The notes under the pieces are model-generated. The model was not told where the DNA came from. It was given only the letters and a program-made list of their open reading frames with translations, and did not search any database. DNA of 64,000 nucleotides from a virus. The stretch lies in IMG/VR virus record IMGVR_UViG_3300012953_000019, positions 32,001 to 96,000 of that record. One strand, given 5' to 3'. Of this stretch, positions 56,665 to 64,000 are shown piece after piece. The translations under genes and the position numbers were made by a program. Positions within the stretch are counted from its first letter, which is position 1, and every line of letters begins with the position of its first letter.

Positions 56665-56675
56665 CGGAGAGACAA

Positions 56676-57263
56676 ATGGCTTTTAATAATATATCATCGG
56701 TAACAGAAGGAACTTTTGATGGAGCAAATCCGTCAGAACTAGATTATCTGCGCCCAAATGGTTTCAAGTTTCAAGTACATAATATGCCAAACGTATCTTT
56801 CTTTTGTCAAGCAGCCAATATCCCAGAAATTTCTATGGGATTTCCGGAACAGGTAACACCACTTGTAGACATTGCATACCCCGGAGACAAGTTAAGATTT
56901 GGGGAATTGATGATCAGATTTCTTATTCAAGAAGACATGAGTAACTATAAAGAGTTATACTCTTGGCTACGTGGTCTCGGCTTCCCTGAGAACCACCAAG
57001 AGTTTACAGACTACATCAAAAGTCAAGAATATAGGACAGCAACATCAAATAAGGGTGTGAAAGAAGGTATAGCACAAGTAAGTGACGCTACACTGTTTGT
57101 ATTAGACTCAAACAATAATCCTAATGTTAAGGTTACATTCAAAGATTCTTTTCCTATATCACTATCAGGATTAGATTTTGATATCACAAATGGTGCTGGT
57201 GATTATTTCATTGGTATTGCCGCATTTAAATATAGAACATACTCAATTGATGCTATCACATAG
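56676..57263 (+). CDS. gp3: Tail tube terminator gp3
   Basis: YL.PNGFKF, VSFFCQAANIP, PGDKL.FGEL..RFLIQED.SNY and FKDSFPISLSGLDFD motifs. Confidence 0.9.
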   Translation: MAFNNISSVTEGTFDGANPSELDYLRPNGFKFQVHNMPNVSFFCQAANIPEISMGFPEQVTPLVDIAYPGDKLRFGELMIRFLIQEDMSNYKELYSWLRGLGFPENHQEFTDYIKSQEYRTATSNKGVKEGIAQVSDATLFVLDSNNNPNVKVTFKDSFPISLSGLDFDITNGAGDYFIGIAAFKYRTYSIDAIT

Positions 57264-57265
57264 CA

Positions 57266-57273
57266 TATAAATA
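57266..57273 (+). promoter_or_regulatory. Late promoter TATAAATA upstream of uvsY-uvsW
   Basis: Exact consensus. Confidence 0.8.
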
Positions 57274-57296
57274 GTATTATATTATGGAGATATATT

Positions 57297-57740
57297 ATGA
57301 TTTCGTTAAAAGACCTACAAGTTATGTGGGTCGAAGATTGCAAAATTGATGAATTGAACTTAGGCAAAGAGAGTACCAAAACTCCAGAACTTCATGCCAA
57401 ATATCTGAATCATCTTTCTACCGCAAAACTACAATATAGAAAAGCAGAGACTAGTCTAATTAAACTGAAAAGAATTAAGTCTCAGTATTTTCGTGGCGAG
57501 TTATCCAGACAAGAATTGGAAGCATTGGGTTGGGATCAGTATTTAGGTAATAAACCACTGAAGTCTGATATGCATGAGTATCTTGATTCTGATGAGGACA
57601 TTATTCAACAGACTGATAAACTAGAGTACATTGGGACTGTAGTTGACTACCTAGAAAGAGTGCTACGAGCAGTACAGGGTAGAGGCTGGGACATCAAAAA
57701 CAGTATAGAATGGACAAAATTTACCAACGGATTAATGTAA
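57297..57740 (+). CDS. uvsY: Recombination mediator UvsY
   Basis: W.EDCKID, ES.KTPELHAKYL, YF.GEL and RGWDIKN.IEW.KF motifs. Confidence 0.92.
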   Translation: MISLKDLQVMWVEDCKIDELNLGKESTKTPELHAKYLNHLSTAKLQYRKAETSLIKLKRIKSQYFRGELSRQELEALGWDQYLGNKPLKSDMHEYLDSDEDIIQQTDKLEYIGTVVDYLERVLRAVQGRGWDIKNSIEWTKFTNGLM

Positions 57741-59219
57741 ATGATTACTGTCACTAAGAAAGATGAAGTACATCTTTTAATAGACACTGATCCAAGTACC
57801 GCAAAAGAAATAGTAGAGTTCTTTACATTTGAGGTACCTGGCGCAAAATTTATGCCTGCCTACAGAAATAGAATGTGGGATGGCAAAGCACGAATGTTTA
57901 ATATGTACACAAGAGAACTATACGTTGGTCTTTTAGATTACCTTATAGAATTCTGTGAGCAGTTAGAATATAAAGTAGAAATCAAACTTGACGAGATTGG
58001 AGAAGATGGCACACTTGATCAAGTAACAAAATTCACAAAGTCTTTAAATCTACATAGTCAAGATAAGCCTATTGATATTAGAGACTATCAACTAGAGGCA
58101 ATAACTCATGCGATTAACAATGGTCGATCTCTTCTTCTATCTCCTACTGCTAGTGGTAAGTCTCTTATCATTTACAGCCTTCTACGTTATCACCAAGCAC
58201 ACGGACGTAAACAGCTTATCATCGTGCCAACGACTTCCCTCGTTGAGCAAATGTGGGGAGATTTTAATGACTACGCATCAAAAGATGAATGGCAAGCAAA
58301 CAAATATTGTCATAGAATCTACAGTGGCAAAGACAAATCAAACAAAGCCGCAGTTGTAATATCAACTTGGCAATCAATATACAAATTTCCTAAATCTTGG
58401 TTTGATGAATTCGATGTAATCTATGGTGATGAAGCACACAACTTCAAAGCAAAATCTTTAACTACATTGATGGATAAACTTACCAACGCAAAATATAGAA
58501 TAGGTACAACCGGTACACTTGATGGTACAAAAACGCATAGACTTGTTTTAGAAGGAGTTTTTGGTAGAGTCTACAAAGTAACTACTACAAAGAAGTTAAT
58601 GGATAATAAGCAACTGGCTGAGTTGAAGATTGTTTGTTTACTTTTAGAATACTCTGAAACAGAAAGAAAACTAGTAAGTAAAATGCCATATCAAGAAGAA
58701 ATGAATTGGTTAGTAACCAACCCAAAAAGAAATGCAGTCATAACAAATTTATCTATTGCACAAACTGGCAACACATTAGTACTCTATCAATTTGTTGAAA
58801 AACATGGAGCAGTACTACATAAAATGATAAGCGAAAAGGTAAAAGATGGTAGAAAAGTATTCTTTGTCCATGGAGGTACAGATACAGAACAAAGAGAAGA
58901 AATTCGCCACTTGACAGAGCAAGAAAAAGATGCTATAATCATTGCTTCATATGGTACTTTTTCTACGGGTATAAATATTAGAAACTTACATAATGTTGTT
59001 TTTGCTTCACCAAGTAAGTCTCGTATTAGAAATCTACAATCAATTGGTAGAGGACTTAGAAAAGGTAATCAAAAAGAAGCGTGTAACTTATTTGATGTTG
59101 GAGATGATCTCTCTTGGAAATCAAAGAAAAATTTTACACTTAACCATATGTTAGAACGAATTAAAATTTACAACGAAGAATCTTTTAATTATAAGATAGC
59201 AAAGGTAGAAATTAAATGA
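57741..59219 (+). CDS. uvsW: SF2 DNA helicase UvsW
   Basis: RDYQ, SPTASGKS, STWQS, GDEAH, GTTGT, GTFSTGINI and QSIGRGLR motifs. Confidence 0.96.
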   Translation: MITVTKKDEVHLLIDTDPSTAKEIVEFFTFEVPGAKFMPAYRNRMWDGKARMFNMYTRELYVGLLDYLIEFCEQLEYKVEIKLDEIGEDGTLDQVTKFTKSLNLHSQDKPIDIRDYQLEAITHAINNGRSLLLSPTASGKSLIIYSLLRYHQAHGRKQLIIVPTTSLVEQMWGDFNDYASKDEWQANKYCHRIYSGKDKSNKAAVVISTWQSIYKFPKSWFDEFDVIYGDEAHNFKAKSLTTLMDKLTNAKYRIGTTGTLDGTKTHRLVLEGVFGRVYKVTTTKKLMDNKQLAELKIVCLLLEYSETERKLVSKMPYQEEMNWLVTNPKRNAVITNLSIAQTGNTLVLYQFVEKHGAVLHKMISEKVKDGRKVFFVHGGTDTEQREEIRHLTEQEKDAIIIASYGTFSTGINIRNLHNVVFASPSKSRIRNLQSIGRGLRKGNQKEACNLFDVGDDLSWKSKKNFTLNHMLERIKIYNEESFNYKIAKVEIK

Positions 59220-59596
59220 ACGAACTAGAACCTAAAGTAATTACTCTAACAAACGAGACTCAGCTGGTTGCGTCTGTTGAAGAAATTTCTGAGGATCAAG
59301 TAAAACTCCATACGCCTTTGAAAATCACAAGACATTATTCTGAAGGCCCTAGGGGAATGCAAGAGTCTTTCGCTCTTATGGGATGGATCCCTTTCTCTGA
59401 TGATTTAGAATATTTTATGAGTAGAAATATAATTGCAAACATATCGACCTTAGGGCGGGCGTATGTACAAGATTACTATGCTATAGTAGAAAAGACTTTT
59501 TATCCCGAACAGGACTCAGGGCATGAAGATCCAGACGAAACACTTGCTGATCTATTTGCTTACGCTCAAGCAGTTGAAGATGATCAAGTACATTAG
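59216..59596 (+). CDS. Conserved hypothetical protein after uvsW (possible Sm-like fold)
   Basis: 126 aa with VITL.NE..LVA.V...LHTPL.I...WIPFSDD. Start overlaps the uvsW stop (ATGA). Confidence 0.6.
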   Translation: MNELEPKVITLTNETQLVASVEEISEDQVKLHTPLKITRHYSEGPRGMQESFALMGWIPFSDDLEYFMSRNIIANISTLGRAYVQDYYAIVEKTFYPEQDSGHEDPDETLADLFAYAQAVEDDQVH

Positions 59597-59622
59597 TATT
59601 CTTTCTGAAAGGGACACGCCCT

Positions 59623-59650
59623 ATTATACACAGTATTTTAGGAATGTCAA
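59623..59650 (-). promoter_or_regulatory. Consensus sigma70 promoter pointing leftward (antisense to uvsW and the following ORF)
   Basis: The minus strand reads TTGACA-16 nt-TATAAT. Confidence 0.65.
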
Positions 59651-59678
59651 GTCTTTTTTTACATTATGAGGAAATAAA

Positions 59679-60260
59679 ATGAAAAAAACTACACCGAAAC
59701 AACATTACGTTGATAACAAAGAATTTTTGGTAGCAATCACTGCATACCGAGAACTAAGATTGGCAGCCGAAGCCGCTGGCGATCCTAAACCAAGAGTAAC
59801 AGACTATCTAGGAGAATGTTTTGTCAAGATTGCAAATCATTTAGCCTACAAATCAAACTTTGTCAACTATACATTTCGTGATGAGATGATTCTAGACGGG
59901 ATCGAAAATTGCATAACGTATATTGATAACTTCAATCCAGAAAAATCTAAGAACCCCTTTGCTTACTTTACACAGATCACATACTATGCTTTCATACGTA
60001 GGATCAAAAAAGAAAAAAAGCATATTGACATTAAGATGAAGATGATTACCAATATGGACTTCACTGAAATGTTTGCCGAGGGTGAAGATACTGTCGGAAG
60101 CGAATACTTGGACTATATGAAGAATCAAATAGATCAAGCAAATAAGCACAACGAAGATCATAAAGAAACTAATTCTAAGATTCCTAAACGTAAGCCCAAA
60201 TACCTGAGCGATAGGGAAGCCGTAGACTTAGCTAAAGAAAAGATCGAAGCACTAAAATAA
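59679..60260 (+). CDS. gp55: Late sigma factor gp55
   Basis: HYVDNKEF, YLGECFVKIANHL...NF.NYTFRDEMI.DGIENC and NPFAYFTQI.YYAFIRRI.KEKK motifs. Confidence 0.97.
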   Translation: MKKTTPKQHYVDNKEFLVAITAYRELRLAAEAAGDPKPRVTDYLGECFVKIANHLAYKSNFVNYTFRDEMILDGIENCITYIDNFNPEKSKNPFAYFTQITYYAFIRRIKKEKKHIDIKMKMITNMDFTEMFAEGEDTVGSEYLDYMKNQIDQANKHNEDHKETNSKIPKRKPKYLSDREAVDLAKEKIEALK

Positions 60261-60273
60261 TTTAAAAAACCAC

Positions 60274-60302
60274 TTGACATTTGGTAGCACATGACATATA
60301 CT
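60274..60302 (+). promoter_or_regulatory. sigma70-type early promoter
   Basis: TTGACA-17 nt-TATACT upstream of the exonuclease/gp47/gp46 block. Confidence 0.85.
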
Positions 60303-60327
60303 GTGTGTTACTTGGAGAACTGTATCT

Positions 60328-60549
60328 ATGAAAGACGATAACGTAATACAGGTAGATTTCACAAACAAAAAACAAAAATATGACTTAAACGATGCCTATG
60401 CTATAACACCAGAAGGCACCGTAACGTTTACATTTGGTGATGGAGAAGAATTTGTCACTGAGTTGCCTGAACTTAGCAAGCAAGATTGGGTTAAATTTTT
60501 TCAACTGCAATCTCAAGGAATATTTGATATAGAGATAGAGGATAAATAA
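60328..60549 (+). CDS. Small hypothetical protein
   Basis: 73-aa ORF with a GGAG RBS after an early promoter; starts DNVIQVDF. Confidence 0.6.
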   Translation: MKDDNVIQVDFTNKKQKYDLNDAYAITPEGTVTFTFGDGEEFVTELPELSKQDWVKFFQLQSQGIFDIEIEDK

Positions 60550-61094
60550 TGGCATCACCAACTGACCCCAAGCAAGTTCACATTATGGTGGACTTAGAAA
60601 CTTTAAGTACTCGCGCCAATTCTACAATTGTATCTATTGGTGCAACTAAATTTAGGTTAGATGGCAAACCAGAAGAAGAATTCTATATTAATGTTGATGC
60701 AAAGTCTTGCAAAGATAGAGGCTTACATATTGATAAGAAGACTGTAGAATGGTGGCAAAAACAAAAACCAGAAGCACTCAAAGCACTTATGGTTGATCCA
60801 GTAGATATTGAAGATGCGCTAGAAGCATTCACTCAATTTATTGGCAACGATCAAGTAATGATTTGGGGTAATGGTGCATCTTTTGATGTTACTATTCTAG
60901 AAGAAGCCTATGAAGCCTGTGGTATATCAGACTACCCATGGAAACATTGGAACATTATGTGTTTTAGAACTGTGATGAATCTGATGGGTATAAGAAACGC
61001 TGATATTCGTGCCGCGGATAATGATCTGCACCATCACGCATTAGATGATGCAAAAAGCCAAGCTAATACACTGAGAAAAATTCTAACTACATGA
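60549..61094 (+). CDS. DEDDh 3'-5' exonuclease (DexA/DUF5051-like)
   Basis: IMVDLETL, WGNGASFD and HHALDDAKSQA motifs. Confidence 0.85.
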   Translation: MASPTDPKQVHIMVDLETLSTRANSTIVSIGATKFRLDGKPEEEFYINVDAKSCKDRGLHIDKKTVEWWQKQKPEALKALMVDPVDIEDALEAFTQFIGNDQVMIWGNGASFDVTILEEAYEACGISDYPWKHWNIMCFRTVMNLMGIRNADIRAADNDLHHHALDDAKSQANTLRKILTT

Positions 61095-62155
61095 AAATAG
61101 CTACTATTAATGATACCCACTTCGGAGCAAGAAGTGATTCATTACAATTCGATGCATTCTTTAAAAAGTTTTATGATGATTTCTTTTTTCCTACTCTAGT
61201 AGAAAGAGAGATCAAAACTGTTATGCATTTAGGAGATGTATTTGATAGAAGAAAGTATATCAATTACAACACTCTCCGCAATTGTAAAGAATACTTCTTT
61301 GACAAGGCTGCCAGTCTAGATATTGATATCCATATGATACCTGGTAACCATGATACATACTTTAAGAACACCAATGATGTAAACTCTCCGGAACTTTTAT
61401 TGAGAGAATATAAAAATGTTAAAATTTATCCTACAATCCAAGAACTGGAATTTGATGGTAGAAAAATTCTATTTGTACCTTGGATTTGTTCAGAAAATTA
61501 CGATGACAGCATGGCAAAAATCAAAAGTACTGACGCCAAAGTTTGTTTTGGACACTTTGAGTTTGCTGGGTTCCAAATGTATAAGGGTATGCCAAACGAC
61601 CATGGAATGGGTATTGACAATTTTAGTGAGTTCGATTTGGTATGCAGTGGGCATTATCATCATCGTTCTAAGTCTAGTAACATTTTGTATCTTGGTAATC
61701 CTTATGAAATTACATGGTCTGATTACGATGATCCAAGGGGATTTAATATATATGACACCCATACGAATGATGTCGAATTTTTACAAAACCCGTTTACAAT
61801 TTTTCATAAATTCCATTATGACGATACCAGTGACGATTTTAGAGACCGCCTTGATTCTTTCGACTTTACTTCTATTCAAGGCACTTGCATAAAATTAATT
61901 GTAGTCAAGAAAAATGACTTTCAATACTTTGATTCTTTTGTTGAAAAATTATACCAATGTAATCTTACTGAATTAAAAATCATTGAAGACTTTTCAGAGT
62001 TCGAAGATGATGCGGTAGGTGATGTAGAGGTAAACTTAGATGACACTATGACATTGCTTAATGATTATGTAGACAGTACCAACACGGATCTTGATAAAGA
62101 TAAATTAAAAACTGTTCTACGTACATTGTATGTAGAGGCACAGAGTATTGATTAA
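61091..62155 (+). CDS. gp47: Recombination nuclease gp47 (Mre11/SbcD-like)
   Basis: INDTHFGAR, HLGDVFDRRK, GNHD, GHFE, SGHYH and YLGNPY motifs. Confidence 0.96.
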   Translation: MKIATINDTHFGARSDSLQFDAFFKKFYDDFFFPTLVEREIKTVMHLGDVFDRRKYINYNTLRNCKEYFFDKAASLDIDIHMIPGNHDTYFKNTNDVNSPELLLREYKNVKIYPTIQELEFDGRKILFVPWICSENYDDSMAKIKSTDAKVCFGHFEFAGFQMYKGMPNDHGMGIDNFSEFDLVCSGHYHHRSKSSNILYLGNPYEITWSDYDDPRGFNIYDTHTNDVEFLQNPFTIFHKFHYDDTSDDFRDRLDSFDFTSIQGTCIKLIVVKKNDFQYFDSFVEKLYQCNLTELKIIEDFSEFEDDAVGDVEVNLDDTMTLLNDYVDSTNTDLDKDKLKTVLRTLYVEAQSID

Positions 62156-62891
62156 CAAGATAGTATCAAGTGGTTGTTCTTTTACACACCCATTTATTGG
62201 TAATACTTGGGCAGAGTATCTAGCAAAACATCTAGATGTTGAATTGATTAGCACCGCTTCTTCTTCTCAAGGAAACAATCTTATTGCTAGAAGAGTTATT
62301 CATGCAGTAGAAGAATGTCGCCAATCAGATGAACTGTTGGTTGCTGTACAATGGTCAGCACAAAATAGATTTGCAAGATTTCTATCTGAGCCACAGATTG
62401 AATTGTGGGAAATAGAAAATAAACATCACACTATGATAGCACAAAATACAGGAAACCCGATTAAGATATTTAAAGATGACGGATCAGGTTCTTGGTTGTT
62501 ATCAAACTACAACTGGCCCGATTCTGTATCTGAAAACCATATGCAGTTTTCTGATCCAATAGATGAATTAATACGAACATATGAAGACATTCTTCGGGTT
62601 GAAAATTATTTGAAAAGACATAAAATAAATTACTTTATGTTTTTGGGATGGGATGATTGTTTAAGTAAACAACATTTACAAAATAAAAATGTTAAATATT
62701 TACATGATATGGTAGATCATACTAAATGGGTTGATTCAGAGTATCAATGGTGCTCAGATAATACTGGGCTAGATTTCTGTGAAGGGTTACCTCCAAAATC
62801 GACAACATCTCAACACCCAACACCAACGCAACATAAGATGTACACTGAGGGTGCTATCATTCCTCACTTGAAGTCTAGAGGACTTATATGA
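62148..62891 (+). CDS. SGNH-like hydrolase or acyltransferase inserted between gp47 and gp46
   Basis: SSGCSFT, SQGNNLIARR, VQWS...R and C-terminal QHPT..QH motifs. Confidence 0.6.
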   Translation: MINKIVSSGCSFTHPFIGNTWAEYLAKHLDVELISTASSSQGNNLIARRVIHAVEECRQSDELLVAVQWSAQNRFARFLSEPQIELWEIENKHHTMIAQNTGNPIKIFKDDGSGSWLLSNYNWPDSVSENHMQFSDPIDELIRTYEDILRVENYLKRHKINYFMFLGWDDCLSKQHLQNKNVKYLHDMVDHTKWVDSEYQWCSDNTGLDFCEGLPPKSTTSQHPTPTQHKMYTEGAIIPHLKSRGLI

Positions 62892-64000
62892 TTATATTTG
62901 AAAAGTTACGATGGAAGAATTTTCTTTCTACTGGTAACGCATTTACCGAAATTGATTTTACACGTAGTCCAAATACACTTATTGTAGGTGAAAATGGCAG
63001 TGGTAAATCTACCATGCTTGATGCTTTATGTTTTGGACTATTCAATAAACCATTCAGATCAATTAGTAAAGGACAACTACTAAACTCAGTCAATGGTAAA
63101 GGGTTATCTGTAGAAGTAGAATTTAAAATAGGAACAAAAGAATATAAAGTAATTCGTGGTGTAAAACCAAACTTGTTTGAAATTCATTGTGATGGTTCAT
63201 TGATAGATCAAGATGCATCATTAAGAGATACACAGAAGTATCTAGAAGACTCTGTACTCAAACTAAATTTCAAGTCATTTACTCAAATTGTTATATTGGG
63301 TAGTGCTTCTTTCACACCATTTATGCAATTACCATTAGGTAGTAGAAGAGAAATCATTGAGGACATTCTAGACATACAAATTTTTACCACAATGAATCAA
63401 GTCTTGAAAGACAAAGTAAACAAGATGAAAGAAACCATTCGTGATATAGAAGCGAATGTAGAAGTTTCTAAACAGAAAGCAATACTTCAAAAACAGTACA
63501 TTGAAAATCTTGAGAACGACAAGAAAATAAAAATTGCTGAAATAGAAAAACAAATAGAAGATATTCATGCATCTATAGAAGAGCATGAAAAACAGATTGT
63601 AGAAAAAGAAACAGAAAAAAATTCTTTGGGTAATCCAAAAGATAGAATGAAGAAACTCAATGTATTCAAAGAAAAATTCAGTAGTCAGATCACTAAGGTA
63701 AATAAAGAGTTGGATTTTTACCACAATCATGATGACTGCCCTACTTGTAAACAGGGCATACCACATGACTTCAAAGAAGAAATTAAGAACGAAAGACAAA
63801 AAAAGATTGAAGAACTTACCAATGCATCTGAACAGATTGATACTGAGTTTGAAACTTTAAATAAATCTATGGAAAAGTTTATTGATATTACTGATAGTAT
63901 TGCAGATATCAATAGCGAGATCATTACCAGTCAAAAATATCTAACTAGATTACAGTCTGATATATCTACAGCAAAATCAAATGTAGCAGACATTGATGAA
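62888..64000 (+). CDS. gp46: Recombination ATPase gp46 (Rad50/SbcC-like), 3'-truncated by the window edge
   Basis: WKNFLSTGN, Walker A GENGSGKSTMLDAL, FTQIVILGS..F.PFMQL, coiled coil and CPTC zinc hook. The frame is open to the end of the window. Confidence 0.96.
   Translation, partial: MIIFEKLRWKNFLSTGNAFTEIDFTRSPNTLIVGENGSGKSTMLDALCFGLFNKPFRSISKGQLLNSVNGKGLSVEVEFKIGTKEYKVIRGVKPNLFEIHCDGSLIDQDASLRDTQKYLEDSVLKLNFKSFTQIVILGSASFTPFMQLPLGSRREIIEDILDIQIFTTMNQVLKDKVNKMKETIRDIEANVEVSKQKAILQKQYIENLENDKKIKIAEIEKQIEDIHASIEEHEKQIVEKETEKNSLGNPKDRMKKLNVFKEKFSSQITKVNKELDFYHNHDDCPTCKQGIPHDFKEEIKNERQKKIEELTNASEQIDTEFETLNKSMEKFIDITDSIADINSEIITSQKYLTRLQSDISTAKSNVADIDE

Noticed and set aside
1-64000. tRNA or rRNA genes
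   Set aside because: Intergenic gaps are mostly under 90 nt and none shows a cloverleaf with T-loop/CCA or rRNA signatures.

Overview
A 64-kb segment of an AT-rich T4-like myovirus genome. The gene order resembles marine T4-like phages. A proteobacterial host is inferred only from the very canonical IscU. The window holds the T4 core in order: gp33-gp59-gp32; a minus-strand hub block (gp54, gp26, gp51, probable tape measure); gp4, gp2, gp48, gp53, hub, gp5, gp25, PAAR, gp6, gp7, gp8; a 2208-aa virion protein and fibre genes; gp13-gp23; gp3, uvsY, uvsW, gp55, gp47 and the start of gp46. At least 14 exact TATAAATA late promoters, two consensus sigma70 promoters and three hairpin terminators are visible. 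Accessory content: an NAD-dependent epimerase, a B12-domain radical SAM protein, an IscU-SGNH-IscA insert after gp23, a second SGNH-like gene, and a 6.6-kb island between two fibre blocks. That island encodes five glycosyltransferase domains, a 2OG-Fe(II) oxygenase, a methyltransferase and a GT fused to a degenerate radical SAM/SPASM domain. Best leads: (1) a candidate virion-decoration (glycosylation) system, possibly linked to late-expressed Fe-S assembly genes; (2) a T TTT TTC -1 slippery site joining gp26 to gp51 just upstream of the probable tape measure, like lambda G/GT and P2 E/E'; (3) a five-copy YxxDYFxEDY motif in gp7; (4) an antisense consensus sigma70 promoter upstream of gp55. 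All product calls come from motif recognition and synteny. No database searches were run.
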